IMG/VR virus record: IMGVR_UViG_3300017917_003053
Span: 1 to 64,000 of that record
From: a virus
Reading direction: 5' to 3' (one strand)
Length of the DNA: 64,000 nucleotides
Both the position numbers and the translations under genes were made by a program. Positions 48,172 through 57,826 of this stretch are shown here, piece by piece (the stretch's first letter is position 1; each line of letters starts with the position of its first letter). Below the pieces are notes generated by a model. That model searched no databases and was not told the origin of the DNA. It worked only from the letters and a program-made list of their open reading frames with translations.

Positions 48172-48645
48172 ATGGATCGTATTCATGACATTTTAAATTC
48201 TGTTAATCAAACCGTAAGTAAAAAAACTGCAAAAGCAGACGATGGAGACTTTACCAAAATAGAGGACACAGAAATTGAGACTCCAGAAACAGAATTAATG
48301 GAATACAAGAATGATTTTTATCAAATGAGTATAGGATCTCTCAAAGCCATAATGAGCCATAGTCAGGCCATTTTGGAGGCCCTTGATGATCCCAAAGTAA
48401 AAGAAAACTTGACAGAAAGTTGGCTACAGGGTAAAATCGCCATTACTGAGGATTACATGAGAACGATTCACGATTTTATCATGTATGTCTCTGAGGCTGC
48501 CGATACTATATCTGCTGCTGACAAGCCCGGTCTTTGGGAAAACATTCGTAAGAAAAAAGAGAGGATGGGTAAAAATTATAAACCAGCAAAGCCTGGAGAT
48601 AAGGATAGGCCAGATAGTGAACAGTGGAAGAAGTTGACCAAGTAA
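48172..48645 (+). CDS. modular phage protein
   Basis: WLQGKI..EDYM.TI module and GLWENIRKKKER module. Confidence 0.65.
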   Translation: MDRIHDILNSVNQTVSKKTAKADDGDFTKIEDTEIETPETELMEYKNDFYQMSIGSLKAIMSHSQAILEALDDPKVKENLTESWLQGKIAITEDYMRTIHDFIMYVSEAADTISAADKPGLWENIRKKKERMGKNYKPAKPGDKDRPDSEQWKKLTK

Positions 48646-48688
48646 ATATTAATTAAAAGATTTTAGGACTTTACATTAAGGGGATTTT

Positions 48689-49249
48689 ATGGAATTTGAT
48701 ACTCTGTCTAATTATACAACTATAGCTAAAAAAACTATTTCAAAGTTTGGATCAAAAATGTATCCTGGCTTAGTTAAGGAAATGCTATCTAATGACGAAA
48801 CTGTCTATGAGATTGCAGAAGCGATTATGATGGCTGATTGGAACTGGGATAAAGATAGAAAAGGACTTAAGTCTGGTAAAGGTAAAAACTTATATTCTTA
48901 CAGAAACCAGTGTGCTATTTGGGCGATCAAAACTTATGTAACACAAAAATATAAGAAAAATCAAAAAAGCAAAAAGCAAATGGATTATTTGATTGATAAT
49001 GCTGACTATGTAGATTATAATAATCCAGCAAAGCAAATAGAGCACCAAGAATCACAAGCAAATCTTGTTGAAGATATGCAAACTCTACTTAATATAGCAC
49101 CGCTGTCTGGTAAGCAAAGAGAACAGATTAAACTTTATTATTATGACAATAAGACTCTATCAGAAATCGGTAAAGAATATGGAGTTACTAGAGAAGCCGT
49201 TAGACAGAATATCAACAAAGGAATTAATATCTTAAGAGAATTATGCTAA
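48689..49249 (+). CDS. phage-encoded sigma70-family (ECF-size) sigma factor
   Basis: Region 2-like ADWNWD.DR...YSYRNQCAIWAI; region 4 LS.KQRE.IKLYY...TLSEIGKEYGVTREAVRQ. Confidence 0.8.
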   Translation: MEFDTLSNYTTIAKKTISKFGSKMYPGLVKEMLSNDETVYEIAEAIMMADWNWDKDRKGLKSGKGKNLYSYRNQCAIWAIKTYVTQKYKKNQKSKKQMDYLIDNADYVDYNNPAKQIEHQESQANLVEDMQTLLNIAPLSGKQREQIKLYYYDNKTLSEIGKEYGVTREAVRQNINKGINILRELC

Positions 49250-50449
49250 AAATAGTAAATATAGAATTTATACTGTATTCAAATAATGAAGAAAATTTCT
49301 GTCTTTTGTCAACAGACTCAGACAGTTTGGTGCTTCCTAATATCACATTCCATAATATAGACCCTGTTAAACTAATGGATCGTACTAAAGAGTTTTTCAT
49401 AGAACAAACATTCTCAAAGTATGTATCTTTAGACTATAAATGGGCCAATCTGAGATTATTAGACTGTGATATTCAAAGTGATGGAGAAAATATTTATACT
49501 CATATCTTTTATGGGTGTTTTGTTCCCAGACATAGTATTACAAAAGATGCGTTTTGGATCGTATCTAATGATCTCTTAAAAACTAGTAAAATCATTAAAA
49601 AAATTCTTATATGATCAATTATATTAGACAGTGGTTTCGTAGATCATCTGATAAACCTAAAGTATTAGAAATATCTAATGATAAAAATATTATAGATATT
49701 AATTTTGTATTTGATTTAGAAACCGAAAATATTATTCCTGTTTTTCAGGTGGATCCATACGATTTTGCAGCAGAGGAAGATCAGTTTTTGTCTCAAGCAG
49801 AGTCTTTCGCCACTTTACTTAATTATTTTTGTGGCGATAATAACTATATGCGAGAATTATTAATTCAGTCAATGGAGATTCTATCCAAAGAGTCTGATAA
49901 TCATTCTTTATTTGTTAGCAACGTATTATTTTATTGGAAGTCTCAATACGAAATACAAAAACAAAAAGATAGAAAAAATAAACTACCATTAGTAAGACCC
50001 ATAAACGTATTCAGAAATAAATAATGAACAATAAAAAAATTATATGGGAAAAATGGAGAGATCCATTCTTAGGTTATGACGAAAATGAAATAGATATAGA
50101 AAATACAAATTTTACCAATACTATTTCTGATAATTTTGACAATGATGATGAAGAAACCTCAGAAACAGAACAACAAACAGTAAAGCATAGTGATCCTGTG
50201 CGAGTGATAGCCACTCCTATGGGAATTATACCTTACAATGAGTATACAGCAAGTAGTAAAATATTCAATTTTTGGACAGGGCATACAAACTTCAACATTA
50301 TTGATTCTGTAGCTTTTGCAATAGAAACCACAGATGGAGTTGAAACGTTAGATATCTTTACTAGATATAGATTCCGAATTGGAATAGGAAAAGCTTTTGA
50401 AGATAGACAAGTCATGCAAGCCATAGAAAAAAAACTATATAAACTATGA
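49243..50449 (+). CDS. three hypothetical proteins (49243-49614, 49611-50024, 50024-50449)
   Basis: ORF track, overlapping starts and stops. Confidence 0.7.
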
Positions 50450-51132
50450 CAAATTCAGCAGAAAAAACCACAATAGAAACAGCACTTAACTCAATTCATC
50501 TATATAATATTGATGTCTATAATAGAGAAATATACCTACATTCATATTATGGAGATGAAGAAGAAGGTGGTGTGGACTATAGAAGTGCTGTAACATTAGA
50601 AAAAAATATTAGATATTTAGATAGTATTTCTTTAGAACCTATTTTAATTCATATGCACCTTCCTGGTGGTATGTGGTCTGATTGCTTAGGTATTTATGAC
50701 GCTATTAGATTTTCAAAGTCTAAAACAATAATTCTTGCATATGGGAGTGTTGAGTCCGCGAGTAGTGTAATTTTACAATCTGCAAATCTTAGAATATTAA
50801 TGCCTAATACTAATGTTCTAATTCATTATGGTTCTTTTAGTATTAATGATGAACACTCCAAGGCTGCTGCTAGTAGCATACAGTGGAACGAAAGAGAGTG
50901 TGATAAGATGGTAGAAATATTTACAGATAAATGTATGACAGGAAACTTGGCCAAAGACAAAAATTGGAAAAGGATGATGGCAAGAAAACATATCGTTTCA
51001 CAGTTGGCCAACAAATGTGATTGGATATTAAATGCTGATGAATCAGTCGATTATGGTTTTGCTGACGGTGTATTAGGAAGTAAACAGTTTCCTAATATAG
51101 ACTATCTCAAAACATATATAAAGAAAAAATAA
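50446..51132 (+). CDS. ClpP-like serine protease
   Basis: PGG...IYDAI, ESASS (Ser), LIH (His), DWILNA.E.VDYG.AD.V (Asp). Confidence 0.85.
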   Translation: MTNSAEKTTIETALNSIHLYNIDVYNREIYLHSYYGDEEEGGVDYRSAVTLEKNIRYLDSISLEPILIHMHLPGGMWSDCLGIYDAIRFSKSKTIILAYGSVESASSVILQSANLRILMPNTNVLIHYGSFSINDEHSKAAASSIQWNERECDKMVEIFTDKCMTGNLAKDKNWKRMMARKHIVSQLANKCDWILNADESVDYGFADGVLGSKQFPNIDYLKTYIKKK

Positions 51133-51133
51133 A

Positions 51134-51811
51134 ATGAAGATTATTGAATTTGGTCATTATGATACAGCAAGTAATGACGCTGAAGTAAAAAATCTTATAT
51201 TAGATGTGATCAAGTATGGTCCTCAAACTATATCTGTTTATCCTCACAATTTAAAATTAATCAAACCATTACTACCAAATTATATTAAACTATCTTCTGT
51301 TATAGATTATCCATACGGGCAGTCTGATATTAATACAAGATTATCTAGTGCTGAGTTTTGCATCAAAAATGGGGCAAAGATTTTAGAGGTTGTGGCACCC
51401 AACAATTATTTATGCAATAGAAAGTATGACAAATTTAGAGATGATATTGCTTCCTTTAAAGAGCTTTGTGTCAAAAATGATGTAGAATTAAGATATGTAT
51501 TAGAGTACAGGGTTTTTACATTAGAATTGATGTATAAAGTTGCTCAAATATTACTTGAAAATGAAATTTCTACAATCTATCCGTCTACGGGTAATTTATT
51601 TGATGATATTTCAGACAATATTATTGCTACCGTATTAGTTAATAAAAAGGTTCCAAATATTAAGATAATATCTACAGGTAATCTTTGGAATGATAAACAA
51701 GCACAAAATATATGCAAAAATTCAGACATATACGGATTTAAATGCTTTGCACTAAACAGTTTGAGCAGAATAAACGACTGTTTACACTCTTTAAATAATA
51801 GGTCAAATTAA
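51134..51811 (+). CDS. DeoC (deoxyribose-phosphate aldolase)-like TIM barrel, catalytic Lys missing
   Basis: SVYP, VIDYPYG, GA..LEVV, YVLE, YPSTG in place of KTSTG. Confidence 0.7.
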   Translation: MKIIEFGHYDTASNDAEVKNLILDVIKYGPQTISVYPHNLKLIKPLLPNYIKLSSVIDYPYGQSDINTRLSSAEFCIKNGAKILEVVAPNNYLCNRKYDKFRDDIASFKELCVKNDVELRYVLEYRVFTLELMYKVAQILLENEISTIYPSTGNLFDDISDNIIATVLVNKKVPNIKIISTGNLWNDKQAQNICKNSDIYGFKCFALNSLSRINDCLHSLNNRSN

Positions 51812-51892
51812 TTTTGATAAAAAACCATTAAAATCAAAATTTTAGGGGTATTATAGATATGGAATTAAATACCATCTTTCATGGAGATTACA

Positions 51893-52474
51893 ATGGCCTC
51901 AATTCAACAAAATGGTAGCCAAACCACAGGCACTTATTGGCTCGGCACATCAACAAAGAACACTGGCGGTGCTGCTGTAAATACAGGTTCAGTATCAACT
52001 CTTATTGACCAAGTATCTCTAGGTAAGACTAAAGATACAGGTTTCGGTTCAACTGTAGTAAACAACAATTCTGCTGATCCAGCCGTTTCTGCTGGTACTT
52101 TTAAGTACGATAACCAAAGACCAGTAGCCAAGAGATTAACAACAACACTTTCTGGCGTTAGTAACACCGCTCTTCAAAGCGGAGCATCTAAGCCAGCACT
52201 AGTGAGAAGTATTCATAAGCTTGAAACTCTACGCACACGCAGACTAACAACTGCTATTAGAGCTGGCCTATGGAATATCTACTCTGGCAAGTTTGCTAAT
52301 AACCAAAATGGTAATGTTCAAAATCCAACAGTTGCAGTCGATACTCTTGCTACAGACGTTGCCGCAACACCAACTCAGGCTGCTCCTGGTCAACTTGTCT
52401 ATATGACAGGCAATACCAAGCCAGTTTCTGGTAGCGATGCTAATTCTGCATACAAGAACAAGACTAACTGGTAA
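51893..52474 (+). CDS. T/S/N/G-rich protein, probably virion structural
   Basis: SD GGAG; no Cys; many AAC/TAC codons; own terminator. Confidence 0.6.
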   Translation: MASIQQNGSQTTGTYWLGTSTKNTGGAAVNTGSVSTLIDQVSLGKTKDTGFGSTVVNNNSADPAVSAGTFKYDNQRPVAKRLTTTLSGVSNTALQSGASKPALVRSIHKLETLRTRRLTTAIRAGLWNIYSGKFANNQNGNVQNPTVAVDTLATDVAATPTQAAPGQLVYMTGNTKPVSGSDANSAYKNKTNW

Positions 52475-52501
52475 ATTTTACTAAGGCTTTAAAATGGAAT
52501 T

Positions 52502-52537
52502 AAGCCATCATACTGAAAAGTATCGGTGGCTTTTTTT
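52502..52537 (+). terminator. intrinsic terminator
   Basis: AAGCCATC-ATACT-GAAA-AGTAT-C-GGTGGCTT hairpin plus T run. Confidence 0.85.
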
Positions 52538-52554
52538 CTTGAAAGGGTAAAATC

Positions 52555-54716
52555 ATGAGCGAAACTATTATACATTTTTGGGAGAATATAGCCACCACAA
52601 GTATTGGTATAATTGTAACCATGATTGGTTTTTGGGTGGCCATAGGTAAAAATATGGCAACTAAAGCAGAAGTTGCTGATATGATAGAGACCAAATCACC
52701 ATATCTGCAAGATCGTCAGTTTATTATGGAAAGACTTGCTATTAACAAAGAAAGTCAGGCAGCACTAACCAATATGCTTCAGAAAAATACTGAAGTAATG
52801 AATGAACTTAAAGTTCAAATTGCAATGTTGGGTAAAACATTAGAAGCACTAGAAGACAGAATAGAGAATAAATAGTTTGGTGTAATATAACTTATGGAGA
52901 AAACAAATGACTAACGATATTCAAAAAGCAATTTCTACAAACGATATTAAAAACGGCACTCTTGTCGTAACAACATCATGGACAGGAAAGTATTCTACAT
53001 ATAATCAATATGTAAATAATGCACCGTCTTTAACAAATATTCAATCTAAATTTGATGCACGATTTGACGATCCAAGTTACTACTATGGTAATGGTGTTAA
53101 AGGTTCATAAAAATGATAAAACCTGGATATAAAACAAGTGAATTTTGGTTCACTCTAGTTAGTTTTATATTTAGTGGTCTGTACTTAGTGGGCCTCATTG
53201 GTGATAGTAGTCAAAAAGAAGATTTGATTAGAGATGTTAGTCATGGTGTTGAAAGCATCATACTGATTGGTGGTCAATTGGCTATCTTATGGAAATACAT
53301 AAATAGTCGAAAACAGATCAAAGAAACATGGTGGAGTACAGCAACTCCAGAAGAAAGAATCACCACTATCAAATCTGCTCCAATAAAATCACCACCCAAA
53401 AAAGCTAAAAAGATTACTAAATCTAAAAAAAGGACTACTAAAAATGACCCCAAAAGAAATACTACAAGCTGAATCAGAACTTTTAGTTGTTAAAGCAAAA
53501 GAGTCTGTTGGAAATGTTAAAAAAGTGGCTATGGATGAGGCTTGGAAAATATTACAGATAGCAACAGCATCTGTTGTTCAAGTTATTGAAAAAACAGCTA
53601 TTAATTTAGAAGGAAAAGATAAAAAGACTTTAGCATTAGAAGCATTAAACAGTTTTTATGATAAAGTTTTCGTAGTGATTGACATTCCTTTTGTTCCTCA
53701 ACTTGTTGAACCTATTATACATAGGTATGTTAAAGCGATACTGATGATTATGGTCTCAGCATCAATTGACGCTACCGTGACGATTTTTAGAAATACTGGT
53801 GTTTTTATCAAGAATAATCTTAATAACAAGAATGAGGAGATCAAATGAATTACGCTCAAAGTTTTGAAGAATTCAGCAAGTCTGTCACCACTTTAGATTT
53901 AGCTTTGTATGCTGGAGCAGGATTAGTGATCTGGGTTTTATTCAAAGAAAAACTTAGTCCTGTACAACAGTTTATTGCTAGTTTAGTATCAAAGGCAAAG
54001 AATAGTCTACCTGCAATAAAGACAACAGAAGCAACAGTTACTCCGGTAACAACCGTTGTTGAAGTAGATCAGAGTAAACTATTTTTTGATTTAATAGCCT
54101 CATGGAAACAAACACGAGATTTAGCTATTAAGAGTAATTGTCCAGAAGCCGTAAAGGTTGTTGACCAGATGTTTCCATATCTAAGTCCAACAGTATGCGG
54201 ATCAAATAAGGAGAATAACTGATGAATAAGAATGTTTTGTTAGCTGTGGGCGTAGCATTAATAGCAATAGGTTTGTTCAAACCTAATCTTGAGTCTTGGG
54301 TTAAGCCAACCAATGTTGATACCCCAGCAGTAGTTATAGTAGATAAACCAACCAATAAAGATTTGGCTGCATTAGCTGTTGATGTTGTAGACTCTCTACA
54401 AGAAGGTGGAGCAGATCGTAAGCAAGATGGAGTCAAATTAGCACAATTATATAATGATTTAGCTACTTTGATTTCATTAAATGGAGAAGATATTGTTATT
54501 AAAAATACTGATGAAATACGTCAAGCTAATTCTTTAGCTGGACTAATGTTGAAGATGGATATGAAAAATAAATATTCTAACTTGGCTAAAGCTTGTAATA
54601 ATTTAGTTGTTAGTGTTATTGGAGACGATTCAGTTCCATTAAACGATGATCTACGATCCAAATCTGTAGAAGCCTTTAAGGCTTTATCATGGGCCTGTTA
54701 TGAAGGAAGCAAATAA
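52555..54716 (+). CDS. cluster of membrane-associated proteins (52555-52875, 52907-53110, 53113-53472, 53444-53848, 53845-54222, 54222-54716)
   Basis: TM segments; 53113 begins KPGYKTSEFW with two TMs and a basic tail (holin-like); 52555 is TM plus coiled coil. Confidence 0.7.
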
Positions 54717-55645
54717 TGCCAAGATATACTCCTGAAGAATTATATAATAATTATAGAAAAGGTTTTAGCGGCTGTTTATGGGAACAGCACGTTTTTGATC
54801 ATTTGATGGAAAATAGTAAATATCCATTATTTGGAGACGGTGCTAGTAAAAGATTAGTTGGTAGTGGTAAAGGTAAATTATCTACTCCATATAAGAGCGT
54901 ATTAAAATTTGATAAAAAAGCTTACGAAGAGAGACAAACTACTGGTGATTGCGTAAGCCATGGAACAAGAAACGCATGTGATGTTAGTCGTGCAGTAGAG
55001 ATTGATGTAGTTGGAGAAAGAGAAGCATGGATTGCAAGAGGTGCTACAGAAGCAATTTATGGTGCTAGAGGTCATGGTGGACAAGGAATGAGTTGTTCCA
55101 GAGCCGCAGAATTTGTTAGTAAAAATGGCGGTATAGTTTTAAGAAAAAATTATAAAGGCGTAGCAGACTTTAGTAAATATAATGGTAATCTAGGTGCTGG
55201 ATGGGGTGCTAGGGGATTGCCAGATCCTGTTATTGATCTTGCCAATGATCATCAAATTAAAACTGTCAGTTTGATACAAACCATAGAAGAAGCTAGAGAT
55301 GCTCTTGCTAACGGTTATGGATTAGCTGTATGTTCTAATTATGGTTTTAGCAATAAACGAGATAAAAAGGGTATTGCTAATGTAAGTGGTAACTGGGCTC
55401 ATTGTATGGCTTGGATAGCCTGTGATGATACTGGAAGTGAACCACTATTTTTAGTGCAAAATAGTTGGGGTAAGTGGAATGATGGTGGTCATCCAGAATG
55501 GGGTCCAATTCCTGACGGTTCGTTTTTAATACGAGCAGAAGTGGCTGCTGGTATGTTAGCGGCTAATGGAAGTTACGCTTTTAGTAACTTCGATGGCTTT
55601 CCTGTACAAAAATTACCTTCTTATGGCTTTGAGGATTATCTATGA
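54716..55645 (+). CDS. papain-like (C1) cysteine peptidase
   Basis: Q..GDCVSH (Gln/Cys), WAHCM (His), VQNSWG (Asn). Confidence 0.85.
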   Translation: MPRYTPEELYNNYRKGFSGCLWEQHVFDHLMENSKYPLFGDGASKRLVGSGKGKLSTPYKSVLKFDKKAYEERQTTGDCVSHGTRNACDVSRAVEIDVVGEREAWIARGATEAIYGARGHGGQGMSCSRAAEFVSKNGGIVLRKNYKGVADFSKYNGNLGAGWGARGLPDPVIDLANDHQIKTVSLIQTIEEARDALANGYGLAVCSNYGFSNKRDKKGIANVSGNWAHCMAWIACDDTGSEPLFLVQNSWGKWNDGGHPEWGPIPDGSFLIRAEVAAGMLAANGSYAFSNFDGFPVQKLPSYGFEDYL

Positions 55646-56191
55646 GTAATATATATGTTTCTTGTGCTGGAAGCACAGAAGTCAATGGTCTTTATACTCC
55701 CATAGTAGGAGGTTATCAAAACTCAAGTAATTCTTCCATAACATTAACTGTGGACGGAAATTATTGGAAATTTATAGATAACTCTTATTCTGTAGGTTTA
55801 GTATTATATAGATTATATCAAGCCACAATTACAGATCCATTGAGTTTAACTGCGTGGGAAGTTGTGGGCGGTATTGCTCCAACACCAAAAACAGCATTAG
55901 GTAGTTATGCTTCTTGTTCTAGTGAAGGAGGAGGAGGAGCCTCAGCGGGTTCATATACTCTTTACAGACAAAATAACACAAACTACATATATAAAAATAA
56001 TAATACCTTTTATATTAGAAAAAATTAACTATGAAAATTTTGGATCAAATAGTATTGAATAGATTAATTAGTATTATTACCAACTTTATCTTGGGCCTAC
56101 TCAAGATATTTGCTCCAAAGTCTGTCGATAACATAGATATTCCTCCTGTTCCAAAGAAACGCAAAAAAATATTACCATGGAGAAAAAACAA

Positions 56192-56530
56192 ATGAATTAT
56201 TTCATTTTAATCTTAACTTTATTTATGTTTGTTTCTGGAACTGTGGAAACTTTTGCCGTATCTCCAACAGCAGCAGTAACCGTTGCCGGAAGCATTATTA
56301 AATCCAAAGATGCTGATACTGTCAAAAAATATAAACGTAAAGATTGTCCAGTATGCAAAGGCAAAGGTTGGTATATCAGTGGAGATGGTATTAAAAAAGT
56401 AGATTGCGGATATTGCGAACCAGAAAAAGCCGAGCCGCCAAAAACAACAGTAATAGTTCATCCGCCAGCAGTTATAAAACAAGAATGTCAGAACGGAGTC
56501 TGCTCACCTCAATATAGAAATGTGAGATAG
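56192..56530 (+). CDS. secreted protein with DnaJ-like CxxCxGxG zinc finger
   Basis: Signal peptide; CPVCKGKG...GDG...CGYC. Confidence 0.65.
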   Translation: MNYFILILTLFMFVSGTVETFAVSPTAAVTVAGSIIKSKDADTVKKYKRKDCPVCKGKGWYISGDGIKKVDCGYCEPEKAEPPKTTVIVHPPAVIKQECQNGVCSPQYRNVR

Positions 56531-56917
56531 ATATGAATTATGACAAAGATGTAAAGAATGTAGCCGAGAGAGTTTTAAAACAATCAAATATTCCAGATGA
56601 TCAAAAATTTGGTAGTGTTATTGCTATTCTCATGATGATCAGTATAGTCTTAACAGTGATCCGAGTGCTACAAGAATGCAATAAAAATAAAACACAAAAT
56701 ATGACCTGTAAAGATAAATCTTCTGTATATGGAGAAGCCATAAGAACTTATAGTAAGAAACGAGGATGGTTCACTAGATTACGAATCAAGAGAATCTTAA
56801 AGAAACAATTATCATCAGAAGATTACAATAAATATGGTATCAAAATTACCGAATCATTAATGGATGTTGGCGAAAATCTCACGGATGAAGAAGTTTATTC
56901 CTTAGTGGAGGCATCAA

Positions 56918-57166
56918 ATGTTTAATATTCTTGTGTGGTGTGTATACGGTTTATTTGTCGGATCTATTGCTAAAAGCATAGTACCCGGTGAAGAAAATTT
57001 CGGCTTTGTTAAAACCGTAGCGTTGGGAGTTGCCGGTTCATATATGGGCGGTGCAATATTGTATCTTTTAGGACAATACAATGCTGTATCACCAGCGGGT
57101 ATAATAATGGGCATAGCCGGTGGTATCATAACGCTCATTTTGTACAATAAGCTCACAACAAAGTAG
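56918..57166 (+). CDS. GlsB/YeaQ/YmgE-family (transglycosylase-associated) membrane protein
   Basis: GLFVGSIAKSIVPG...TVALGVAGSYMGG. Confidence 0.85.
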   Translation: MFNILVWCVYGLFVGSIAKSIVPGEENFGFVKTVALGVAGSYMGGAILYLLGQYNAVSPAGIIMGIAGGIITLILYNKLTTK

Positions 57167-57168
57167 TC

Positions 57169-57196
57169 TTGACTTAGACACAGACACCACTATAAT
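57169..57196 (+). promoter_or_regulatory. sigma70-type promoter, probably giving a leaderless or near-leaderless mRNA
   Basis: TTGACT-16-TATAAT, 6 nt before ATG 57203. Confidence 0.7.
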
Positions 57197-57202
57197 AATT
57201 CC

Positions 57203-57670
57203 ATGCGACCAACATGGACTGACTACTTCTTAGGACTTGCTAAAGTGGCTTCTCAAAGGAGCCATGATATACATACTCAACATGGTTGTGTGATCACTGA
57301 TCAATACAATCATATTTTGGGCATGGGATATAATGGATTTCCAAAAGGTTTAGATGATGCTGTATTGCCATTAACTAGGCCGGAAAAATATAAGTGGATG
57401 ATACATGCTGAACGAAATGCTTTATCCAATTGTATTGTTCGTCCAGAAAATGGTATAGCATATGTCACTGGTCAATGCTGTAACGATTGTATAATGGCCT
57501 TATGGCAAGAAGGAATTCGCAAAGTGGTCATGAGCAATAGTCACGGCACACATCAATTTGATGAAGAGGCACAAAAATTATTTGACACCTTTATTAATCT
57601 TAGTGGCCTAAAAATAGAAAGAGTAACACCAAATCTTAGTTGGCTGAAAGAGTTGTGTGGTGTATTATGA
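57203..57670 (+). CDS. dCMP deaminase
   Basis: RP.W.DYF...RS.D, GYNG.P.G, HAERNA, CxxC. Confidence 0.92.
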   Translation: MRPTWTDYFLGLAKVASQRSHDIHTQHGCVITDQYNHILGMGYNGFPKGLDDAVLPLTRPEKYKWMIHAERNALSNCIVRPENGIAYVTGQCCNDCIMALWQEGIRKVVMSNSHGTHQFDEEAQKLFDTFINLSGLKIERVTPNLSWLKELCGVL

Positions 57671-57826
57671 GATTAGAAAAGGTAATGTTTTATATTTTAT
57701 GTTTGATTTTTTTCTATAATGGTATTACTGAAAATATAACAATGATAGAACGCTCTTTTAAAGGAATAGTAATACTCGGCTTTATAAACGTATTCAACGA
57801 TCTTGATAAATTAAATAGGAGATAGT

